A stretch of 64,000 nt of DNA from assembly GCF_009914755.1 (NCBI RefSeq), contig NC_060940.1; one strand, 5' to 3'. This DNA is from the human T2T-CHM13v2.0 reference genome, Homo sapiens. The notes below the pieces were generated by a model. The model did not search any database, was not told where the DNA came from, and saw nothing but the letters and a program-made list of their open reading frames with translations. The position numbers and the translations under genes were made by a program. Positions 27,767 to 39,579 of this stretch are shown in pieces. Position 1 is the stretch's first letter. Each line of letters begins with the position of its first letter.

Positions 27767-30700
27767 TGGCAGACGGTTTCAACTAAAGTAATGACTAAAT
27801 GATTTCCAATTTACCTTTCAATAATTAATTTTAAAATTTTCTCTGTATTATAAGTTAAGCATGTATATTCATTAAAGTATACATAGTAAGGAATGGAATA
27901 TCAGTTTGTGGACATCTAAGGGGTTTCTTTGTCTCTGTTTGATGTCTTATGTCGCCCTCACGATGATTCCAATTAAATAGAAAGGGAGGAAGAAAGAATT
28001 TCCCTGTAATATCTCCTCTGCTTCCCTTCCGTCCAAAGACCGTGTGGCCCAGTGAGAGCATAAATGGATGTCTTTTGTTGAGTGCATTTGGTTTGTTAAC
28101 AATAATTTTTTAATACACCAAATCATTAGACAACATGGTCAAAGTGGCCTGTTTAAAAGGAATCTGCTTTCAGCATTTCTGGCCCTTACTGCTAACAATT
28201 TAATCAGGAGCTGGAGCCAGTGTTGAAGTTGATGTAGTCTAGCAACTGAAACAAAAATTCTCAAGTCCTTTGTGTTAAGGGAGGAGGAAAGAAAGAGCTT
28301 AACAGCTGACACTGTGCAGACCCCCTTAAAACTAAACACCTGAAAGAAAATTTCAAGAGGCTGGTGTCTTGAGATCTCAGAAGGAAAAGTGTCCTCAGAG
28401 TATTAAATAACCATAATCCTTCTCCCCACCACTTCTCCACCTCCATTTGATGTTTCCCATCTTAGTGACCTATCTACAGACTCATCCATGCGATCCGTAT
28501 AAACAGACGGTTACCATACACCTTTCTTTTCCTCATCAAAGTGTCATCTGGCTGTCTGGAATTGGGCATTGCCTCGAGTAGCCGTCAAATGGGTGGTGGT
28601 GAAAGTTATAAAACATCCACTGCAGTGCTTACTAAGCAGCCTGTGTTTTAGAGATTGGCCTATTGTGTACTTCGGAATTACACAAGGAAAAATGTGCTTT
28701 GACAGAAAATAATTAGCACTCACCAAAGGCCAAGCAATAGGTTACAGTATTTTACTTTCATCAAAGCTATCAGGGGATCAGTTAGATTAGATAATAGAAA
28801 TTTTTTTCCTCTGAAAGTTAAATACACATGACTCTAATTACCTTATATTGCACATTAGAGAGTGCATTATGAATTGTACAACTTCAAGAAATTTAGGTCA
28901 ACGGAGCCGCCGCAGCTGGCAGTAACTTTAGTATAAGTCTTTTGTAATAAAGGTTTTTACCTCTCTTTAGCAGGTTCATTTGCGATCATATTAGGGAGAA
29001 TTTTTAAAGTAAAACTTGTAACCTGGTTGTAAAATATTTGTCTGTCTCTCAGGTCAGGCGCCAAGCCATTGTTTGGGACTCACTGAAGTCTCTTAAACTG
29101 AAGCATATGTTCCTTGTAATTTAGCTTTTTGAGGAAAGTGTCAATTTTGCATGACTTGGGGTAACCGAGTTTGTCACAGTGTCACACAACCCAGCGACTC
29201 TAGAGGCACATCTGAGTGCTGTGGGTTTCCTTCTCCAAGCTTCGTAATCCCATAAACAACCCTCTCCAAATAGGCTTATTAGGGCTGTCTATTCACTTCC
29301 CCAGAGTTGAATGATCCAAAGGACATCGGGAGAAGCTGTGTGAATGCAGGGTAAGTGTTAACAGAAGTGGGACAGAATTTCTGAAGATTCGCCTTTGTTT
29401 ATCCAGTCCCCTCTGCCTGATGGACAGCTTGTTATAGCTTTTAAAGAACTGGGCGAGCCCTCTGATCTGACCCCTTCTTGACCTGCGTAGCCCAAAGGTC
29501 AGTCTGCAGCTAATAAACTCTGAGGTTCTTAGGGTCTACTGTAGGAAAAGGCAGAAAAAGAGCAGCTGCAAGGACCGGGTGTCCCAGGATAGGCTACTTT
29601 AGGGTCACTCTCTGATAATGAAAATGATTACCAAATTATATGGAAGTTTAACTGCAATCGTGAGTGAGAGGAGGGTGGGGCCCGGCGTATTAGGTTTGAT
29701 AAATGAACTGTGAAGAGGCCCATCTGGCTCTCAACATCTTTTCTCCCCCTCTTTCCCTACCAAGGGGAAACATTTTAAAATAACAGCAGTACATATAGAC
29801 TCAATGACCCATGCAAGGAGCTGGAATGGATTAAGATTTAATGGTGACAGTGGAAGAAATTATCATTTGAAAAGTGCTCCAAAGAAAAGGTACAGTTCAA
29901 TGTCCACACCCGAGTTGTCTTTCTAAATAAAATATAATAAAAATCAGCGCCTTGTTTATTTTCTACAAAGCCCTGGCGTCTTTCCTAGATGGCTGAAAAT
30001 TTTGAGGGTGTTGTTTATTATGGGATAATTATTCATAGTTTAGCTTCAGGAACGGAATGGGCTTCCTTTGCCTTGAAGAAGTCAGAATGAGAATCAAAGA
30101 TTTTGTTCTGCCTGCCTGCTTCATTTCAGTGATGTAGGTAAATCAAGTGTTAGAGAAAATGCTTTTCCAAAAAAAGTGTGTCCATGTCAGCATCTGACCA
30201 CTGATTATTGTGCACTCTTTAGTACTAAATATATGTGTGACTCTTGAACAGAGTCTTATTCCTACTACAACCTGGCAGTTTTTCTGTAAATATAAGAAGA
30301 AAGCACATAATGTTAACTGAGTAGTTACGTTTGGTTCTTTCTTTGTTCCTTTTTTCAAAGAAACATCATGGTGATGCTAATTATTGCCAACAATGGATGG
30401 GGTCACTATACGCTATTCGTCTATTTATTTATCGCTAATTGATAAGATTAGTCTATTTAAAGCTCTCCCCCAGTTTCTCATGAACATAGAGTCTTGATTT
30501 CAGACCAGTGATGATGGAGGCCATGTAGCTCTGTTCTTTTGCAGAGATGAGTGGCACATGCCATGAGTCCACTTTCTGAAGGGAGAATGATTTCATTCAG
30601 TGAGCATCTTTTTGTGTATTTTGTATACCTACTGCATGAGATGCTGTGCATAATAGGGAGTGAGCTAAGTGGCCAATTTCAGGGTTTATCTGGGGATGAG

Positions 30701-30863
30701 AATGTAGAAAGTTCCTAGAAAGAGGCTGTGGAAGGCAGTGGCAGGGAAAGCAGTGGAACCATCGTTACCACAACAGAGCGGCAAGTTCTCTGACCCACTC
30801 AGGAAAGTATTTAATGGTAGATGTCTTGGAAGACTAGAATTGTTGTGTTACTGAAAACCCTTT

Positions 30864-31230
<367 letters not shown>

Positions 31231-31479
31231 TCAAAACAGAAGGCTTCTAAACATTATCCAAAGTTAGCATATTTTTCATCAAGGTTTTGGCTTGACTATC
31301 TATGTCTGGGGGCATTTCGAGTGAGCAGAAAGCCAGGTAGAGGATAATTCAGGGAGATGGCAAATACTTTGAGAATCAATTGTGCTTTTTAACTTTAAAG
31401 CCATGGCCCTAAATTTTTGCTAAGTGAGGTGTAAATACAAAAAGCAAACCAAAAAAAGAGATGAAAGCAAGGTCATTAG

Positions 31480-32320
31480 GGTTTTTAAAAAATTGAGGTA
31501 CAAGTCATATATAACGTAAAATTGCATATAACAAAATTTATCGTTTTAAAGTGTACAGTTAAGTGATTTTTTAGTATATGCACGAGATTGTGCAACTGTT
31601 ACCACTATCCAATTCCAGAGCATCTTCCTTCCCCAGAAATGAAACCCGGCATCTGTTAACAGCCACCCTCCATTCCCCCTTCTCCCCACAGTCCTGAGCA
31701 ACCACCAGTCTACTTTTTATCTCTACAGATTTGCCTATTTATAACATTTCTTATAAATGAAATCATACAATACGTGACCTTTTATGTCTGGCTTCTTTCA
31801 TTTGGCATACTGATTGTAGGATGCATCCATGTTATAGCATATAAGTACTTCATTCTTTTTTACTGCTGAATAATATTCCACTATATCGATGTGCCACATT
31901 TTATTTATCCAGTAATCAACTGATGGGCAGTTGGGTTGTTGGACAGTAATAAATTGATGGACATTTGGGTGGGTTGACTTTCTGGCTATCATGAATAATG
32001 CTGCTGTAAACATTCATGTACAAGTTTTTGAGTGACATATTTTCAGTTCTCTTGGGTATATACCTAGGAATGGAATTGCTGGGTCATATGGTAATTCTGT
32101 GTCTAACTTTTTGAAGAACTGTCAGGCTGTTTTTCATGTCTGTTACACCATCTTATGTTCCCACCAAGAACGCACAAAGTTTCCCATTTTTCTATGTCCT
32201 TGTCGTTACCTGTTATTTTCATTTTTTTGGACTGTAGATATCCTAGTGGTATATTATTGTGGTTTTGAATTGCATTTCCCTATTGACTAATGGTGTCGAG
32301 CATCTTTTCCTGTGCTTTTT
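31480..32320 (-). mobile_element. L1MB-type 3' fragment
   Basis: Antisense L1 3'UTR/ORF2 end (MFTAALFMIARK in the ORF track; ggaattgctgggtcatatggtaattc). Confidence 0.88.
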
Positions 32321-33615
32321 GAAAACTATTGCTTTTTCAATCGGACATTTTAAAACATGGCGGACTTAAGGACTTACCCCTCTTGTTGGTGATAAAGAGC
32401 TCAGAAGCCTGTTAAGAATATTTGGCTTGTAGAAGAGGTGAGGTTCCAAATGGGGCTGTCATTAAATTGCAGCAGTGCACGTTTCCCCGTTACCATGGTC
32501 AGGCCTGGCTCTTTATTTATTTGCATGTGGCCCCACTTATTTTTTTCTAGAGATTACCTACTTATTTCTCCTACCATTCTCTTACATTTCATTCAACATT
32601 GCACACTGGATAGGAATGTAGCCTGATTAAATGGAAACTCGGTACCTTTATAGCTCTTTAGCTTTTAGGCTCAAACAGGAGTTACTGTACTCCCATAGGA
32701 GACAACTTCATTTGGGTCGAAGGAGCCTTAAAAATGGTGCTGAGATTCATTTCAACTAATGTTTATGGAAGTTTCTTCGAAAAGCTTTTAGAACTACTTG
32801 CTTCTACTTAAAAGTGACTCTCTTAAGATCCAGATAACTTTATGTAAAAATATCTTCCTCATATTGGTCTAAGTTCCCATTTTTTTCTGGACTGGTAAAA
32901 CAACGGTCTTATTATTAGTCATCTTTCTATTCTCTGTGACCCCAGCCATCACCACCTACCCCCAGAATGGATCCACTCTGGACATCTTTGTTAAGGCTGT
33001 AAAATCTGGTTGTTGGAACCTAGAATGTGTAATGAATAGGATTTACTATTCCAAGTTAATCAGCTTTAGAACTTTGATCGGGGCTCAACAAGTATAACAC
33101 TTTGTATAAGTTACTTATATGGATCAACTAGCACACTGAGGTGTTCTCCACCGGTATCTGTCTCCCCTTCTGCCTCCTAGCTAGTCACGGATTATATGCA
33201 AAACCGACAAGTCGGCACCGTCCAGTTTAGCAATTAACTATTATTTATTGAGTGTTTGTTAGGTGCAAGTAACTGTGCTAGACACTGTGGGGAATATCAA
33301 GATGAGTATGACGTGAGTCTCAACTGTGGAATAATTTACTTTAATGTGGAGGTGGTAGTTAATAAGAATACAATGGCTAGCACACACCCTTTAACTCTTT
33401 TTTCTATGAGGCACTGTGAAACCATAAGGTAATTTAGCAATGGGGTCTGCCCTAAGGGAACTTATATTTTGATAGAAGCTTAAAAAATGAAGTAACCTGA
33501 CATTAATTATATATGGACTTGATTCTGTGTTTACATTTTTATCTCTCCTACCAGAATGAAAGTTTTATGAGGATTGGACATTTGTTTGTTTACCAGCCGT
33601 AAAACATACACCTCA

Positions 33616-33910
33616 GGCCAGGTGCAGTGGCTCAGGCCTGTAATCCCAACTCTTTGGGAGGCTGAGGCGGGCAGATTGCTTGAGCTCAGGAGTTCGAGAA
33701 CAGCCAGGGCAACATGGTAAAACCCCATCTCTGCAAAAAGTGCAAACAACTAGCCAGGCACGGTGGCGCACACCTGTAGTCCCAGCTACTTGGGAGGCTG
33801 AGGTAGGGGGAAGCACTTGAGCCCAGGAGGCAGAGGTTGCAGTGAGCCGATTGCATCACTACACTCCAGCCTGGGTGACAGAGCAAGACCCTGTTTCAAA
33901 ACAAAAGAAC
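33616..33910 (+). mobile_element. AluJ
   Basis: Sense Alu with J diagnostics (gattgcttgagctcagg, cttgagcccagg). Confidence 0.92.
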
Positions 33911-35167
33911 AAATTTGCACCCCAGATCTTTGTAACATTAAGCTATCTCTTCCATTTGAATAATGCCCTCTATCAAAGGACCTCATTGCCTGTTTACCAC
34001 ATATCCCTGGCATCTAGAAGAATGCCTGACACTCAGATTTGTGAAATACCTTTCCTCTCAATCTATTCCAGTGTTTATAAGTACTTTGTCTGCTTTATTA
34101 ATTTTGAAGAGGAATGACCACTTGTGATATTGGCCTGTTGCTTTTTTTGCTCTTTTTCTCAACCTTGCCTGGTGTGGAAATCTTGAAATTCGAAGTCAGG
34201 ATGGATCTCTGATATTGGAAGTAAGCACTGGTTATTCATCTAACCTTGCCAGGGGTGGAAGCCTTGAAACTGGAAGTAAGGAGAAATCTCTACTATGCAG
34301 TTCTCTGGTGTTTAAGCCCCAACATGGTACCACAGGCCCTTATTCCAGCATGAGCAAAGAGGGATGCCATGTGCACAGGCTGACTCCAGTGTACTTGAGG
34401 AAGAGAACACCATGGGACTGGGCTAAGACCAGGACAAAAAGACATGGTCTCCTCCCTGAGCCACCATTCCTAATTTGTTGACTTTCCTAGAAGTGAAATG
34501 GAGCTGGGTGAGAAGAGGAAGAACTGGCATGGCGAGGAAGAAGAGAGTTATAAAGACAGCCCTGGGACATGCCTCTGAATAAAGGGATGGGTTTTAGTTC
34601 AGTAGGGATAGGAACAAAGCTGAGGCTAATATGGCTTCCAGTCTGTAGGCAGCTGTTTTTTCCTGGTCACCTGCTAATGTCCTCGTCTGCTTTAGTGATA
34701 TCAGCACAGTTATGAACTTTAGCGTTGGTGATTCGGCATGTGGACTAGAACTTGGAGCTGTGTTCACAAAAAGTGGAGCTCCTCACCTTGAGGATGGGCT
34801 ATGGGATAATGAGACTGATGCAGTTATCTGCTGAGACAACCTGTGATTGTGTCATCGGACCACGTCAGCTGCTATCATTCATGCTAAAGAGACTGGCTGC
34901 TTACTCCGGCACAGCTGGTTAGTTGGAAACTAGAAGTTGTGGCATCTGTAGTTCGGTAGCTGTCAGTTGCTACTAGGTAAACTTGTTTGCAGTGTTGGGG
35001 TGGGCATGAGGAATAAATGGAAGAGATTCCAGGGAGAAGCAGGGAGGCACTGGCCTGCTAGTTGCCATCCGGGTCTTTTTTAAGACATCTGTCCCTTCGC
35101 TTTTAATAATTACAGTCTCTGCTTTTTGCTGCCCTTAGCAGAAGAAAGTTCTTTGTGTTTCTGATCC

Positions 35168-35204
35168 AGATTACTCCATAAAACCTGATAACTCCATAAA
35201 ACCT
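35168..35204. repeat. 18-bp tandem duplication
   Basis: gat(t/a)actccataaaacct occurs twice. Confidence 0.85.
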
Positions 35205-35527
35205 CCTCAAAAATGTGTAGGAATTGAAACATTGTATAAATTTAGAGCAAAGATTAAATGAGTCTAGAGATAGGGTTACTTTTTTCCCCCAAGATACAGC
35301 AACTTATCTTAAGGAGGCAAGTGTTGTTAATGTTATTACCATTGTTACTGTCATTATTTGAACAGTTTTATGGGGGACAAAAGCCAATTGACTTCTGTGC
35401 ATCTTATTTATAAAATCAACACATGGGCTTTAGCATGAACTCTGTTTCTGGCAGGTTTCTGACTGTGATCAGTTGCTGGCTGGCTGTTTCTTAGGGGCAG
35501 TGCTTCTTAAACTTTTTGAGAAAACAT

Positions 35528-35660
35528 TGATTCATTTATTTATCCAACATACATTTATTAAGTGTCTATTGTTTTCTAAGCACTGTTCCAGGTTCACAGC
35601 AGTGAACAGAACTGATGACAGTTCTTTCATGGAGCTTATATTCTAGTGGAATGACAGATA
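35528..35660 (-). mobile_element. L2 3' end
   Basis: ttcatttatttatccaacatacatttattaagtgtcta...ggagcttatattctagtgg. Confidence 0.7.
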
Positions 35661-36604
35661 TGAACTCTTTTCCTAAGCGGAACTCTGAAAATTTCTTTTA
35701 TAAAATGTGCATATAGTTGCTATGCCCTGTATATTCACCAGCACTCAACAGTGACCAAAATAAAGTCATTCAGTTGAGATAAAGATACACAGTTCTCTTT
35801 TCTGAGCTTTGTTATAAAGTAATCACTTGTTATAAAATTTACATTTCAAGTTGCAGTGGGTCATATTTGGGAAGTAGCCGTGGGATGCCAGTTTTCTGAG
35901 GAACACCATCCTAGGGAATCCGTAACATAAATTCTCCTTCAATTATCCGTACCGTGGTTCCCATTTACTTTTCCAAGACCTGCGTCACTTTAAAGGTCTT
36001 CATTTGAAGGAAGGCTTAAATTCAGGCCACATTATATTGACAAATCTCTCTGAAGAGAGAATGGGCAAAGCCATACCTATCTCATAGGTGTTGGGGGATT
36101 ACCTGTGATAATGCACTCAAGTACTTCATAAATGCTGGGTTTTGTTGTTGGGAGTGATCTGTCAGTCATGCGTTGGTTCTGCAAATATTTCTTAAGTGCC
36201 TACCTGGTATGAGGAGCTATCTTAGGTCCTGAGGTTGTAGAGATGAGTAACATTTGATTAGGGGAAATGTATTACACAATGTAGAATCATAAATACTATG
36301 GAAGAGATTGAGTCATGATTCCATAGAAACCCACATCCCAGGGAAGAAGACAGGCTCTCCTTAAGTGTTCTCATAAGACTCTCATTATGTGCCCAGCGAC
36401 AGTGAGAAATACTGCTCCATTCCCCAATTGTGTTGGCTACCAGTAGATAGGTAGCTATTTGTCTCAAAGCATGAGTGAGAAATAGGAGAGAAATTTATAC
36501 GTGAGGATAGGTCATTGTATAAAAGTTGTGCTACCTTCTTTCCATTGTATAAAGTTTGTGGAGGAAAAATGGTTTTCTTTCAGAGTAAATTTAATTAATA
36601 TGTT

Positions 36605-36860
36605 TGGGGGCATAGATTCTGAATCAGATTGCCTGGGTTTGAATCTTGGATCCACTTCTATAACTCCAGGCAAGTTACAATTGTGGATTGTAACTAGATG
36701 AGTTACTTAACCCCTCTGAGCCTCAATTTTCTCGTTTGTTATTTGCCTAGGGGATGATAATAATAGAACCCATTTCATAGGGTTGATTAAGTGATTAAAT
36801 GTAAAACACCCAGAGCAAGTACCTGTAACGTATTAGGTGTTCAATAAAAATGACCTATCA
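36605..36860 (+). mobile_element. MIR
   Basis: cagattgcctgggtttgaatc...ttacttaacccctctgagcctcaattt. Confidence 0.8.
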
Positions 36861-37329
36861 TGATCTTCAGATCAAAACAATAAAGCCAGGAATAAACCCA
36901 GCCACCCTTATCCAAATTGGCCTCTCCTTTGAGAGAATGCCTCATGAAGTAAATATCCCAGCCTCCTGGTAGGGGCCTGATATTGCAAAATTGGTGCAGG
37001 GAAGAACACTAGACAGAGTTGGTGCTCTGTGCTCAGCAGTGTCACACAGAATTGACAGGTGGAGGGCTGGACTCCAGTTTGAATCCCATCATTAGTGACT
37101 ATAGGACTCTGGGCATGTCACAGACACTCTACGCCTTAGCAACTTTATGTAAGAAAGAAGCGACTTGATCTCGATCGCCCCAAAAGTGGGAGGCATCTTC
37201 CAGCTCTCACAAGGAGTGGCTCCATACGTGAGATCCCCGGGAGCAGGGAAAAGTGGATGTTACTCCTGATGGGTTTCACTCCTCTACTTCCACTTTCCCT
37301 GAAGTCTGCAATTGTACTAATTTTAACAA

Positions 37330-37490
37330 CAATAGCAGCTGACATTTATTGAGAAGTCACTGTGTTCCAGACAGAGTTTTAAATGTTTTATATGATGAGA
37401 AAACCGAGGCACAGAGGTGCAGAGTAACTTGCCCAAGGCAACAGCTAGTAAGTAGTGAAGATGGAATTTAAGCCAAGACGGCCCAGGTTG
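37330..37490 (-). mobile_element. MIR
   Basis: gatgagaaaaccgaggcacagag...gtaacttgcccaagg. Confidence 0.8.
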
Positions 37491-39579
37491 GCCAAGAGCA
37501 ATAACAAAGCTTTAGTTTTTAATCAACCACTGATACGATTCACTTAGTATTTTAGAGACCTTCTAGGATCCTTCTCAGTGTGGAGATAGGCAGGTATGTA
37601 TCTTTACATATTTATTTCCTCTGGTACCTAACATGTTTTACACTTTTTAGTTGTGGGTGCATCTCTATAAGGAAATAGTATCCAGCTAATGCATTATCAA
37701 TCTCCCTGCCATGGATCTTTTAAAGGAAAGTTATCACCTTTATATGCTCTGTCATTTCTTTTATATTGGTTACAGTCTTTTAGAAGGTGGGAGAGTAGGG
37801 GTGAAAATTAGAACACCAAAGTTTAGCCTCCAAGAATCTGTAAATCTCTGTAAATCCTCTAAGTCAAGTAATTTTGGGGCTGCGTTAGTCAAGGCTGATT
37901 TCAGTGGGTGCCCTTAAGGTGAAAGGGTAGCAATTTATCTACTCCATAATGGGTTAATCACCAGCTGTACAGTTTGTTTATATCTAGGAAACAATTTACC
38001 ACACATGAAGAGTAGTAATTTTATTCTATCTCAGGGGTATCCCCAGTGTATTTTACAAATTTACTCTGTAATGTTATAGATAAAAGTTTAACTCTGGCTT
38101 TCAGTTGAGGAAGTCATGGTGGAGGAGGATGGGGGAAGGGGAAGGAACAGCTCTACTGGCCTGTAGGGGACACTGTTGCATCATTTATTAGAATTTTCCA
38201 GTCTATTGTCCCAGGACAAAAAAAACAAAACCAAACAAATCAGAAAACAAAAAAAAATAGTTGAATCACCTTGAAAATGCTTATTAGAATTATTTGAATC
38301 GTTCCAATGTGTTTAGAATGTTCAGGACTTCTCAGGTATTGGTCAGACTGTTCAGTATCCATGCGTGAAAGAAATAGGTTAGTGGTTCTTTCTGAGACAG
38401 GAGTGTTTGATGGGACTCTTCTGATTACCTTTCTCTCCATAGTCAACTTTGGATAGGGTGCTCAGGACGTTACTTTTTAGTTTAATAAACCTTTAGGTTT
38501 AGTTAACCATCTTCATTTTTTATTAAGATATGCTCATATTAAGTTGTTTTGCTTCCAGAATGTATGCTAAATAAATGTCCCAATCCTTGGAAGGGCGTTT
38601 TGGAAGTTCCTATTGTCTTCTTTTTATTCTTATATTTTTTTTCACTGAAAAAGTTGCTGTTTACTGAAAAAATGAAGTCATATCTACAAGGAAGGCTTAT
38701 GTAGGGCCTGGTCTGAACTCCAGGAAGCATATGGCCAGATGCTGTGCTACGGCTCTCTTTCCAGACTGTTGACAGCCATTGTATCTGTCCAGGTACCCCA
38801 TGGCCTGGCCAGAAAAACCTCCACCCCTCTGCCCAGCTCTGGCCTCTTTCCTACCAGAATACGGGCCTGGGAGGCAACTGCAATGAACCCTCGGAAAGCA
38901 TAGGTTTTGCTAAGGCAGCCTGCACAGTAATGATATTGTTAGCTTGCTTCATTTCCAGTTTCACCATCAATTACGCCATGTGTTTCATCCAGTTGGTGCT
39001 ACCCTCCCAGTGTTAATTATAACCTACAAGACTGTTACAGTTAATTTTATGGCAAGCATATTGTCTCTTCAAGGCTCCAGAGCAGCTCATAAATTATCTT
39101 GAAGGTAAAATGTAACTTGGGGAACTAGTTATGAAAATTCCATCCATCTCGCTTAGGAGCTGCAGCTGCTACTGTCAGCTGCCTTGCTGCTGCACTGTGA
39201 AGGAATTATGGTGGGTCAAGTTTAAGAGGGTAGGCCCAGGCTGTCACTGAGGAGAAAGGCTGTCCTGGCCCTGTCAGACAAGTACCTTCTGCCAATCCCT
39301 GGTGGTTTCACTTTGCAGGCAGGAAGAGGCAGGCAGCGCAGGTGGATGGTCCCCAAGCTGTCTGTATTCATTACTTTACAGAAACTTGTTGTAGGTAGGC
39401 AGGTCCAGAGACCTTTCCTCTTCTCTGTTGTCATGATGTTAGGCATCATCTGCAAAGTGTGAGATAGATAACTCTATAACTAACTCTGGGCTTGGTTCAG
39501 GAGAGGAGGAGAATAAGGGGGCGGAAGCTATTAGTGGCAGCACTTCCCAGCCACCCCTTGCTGGTCTCCTACTTGGTAA

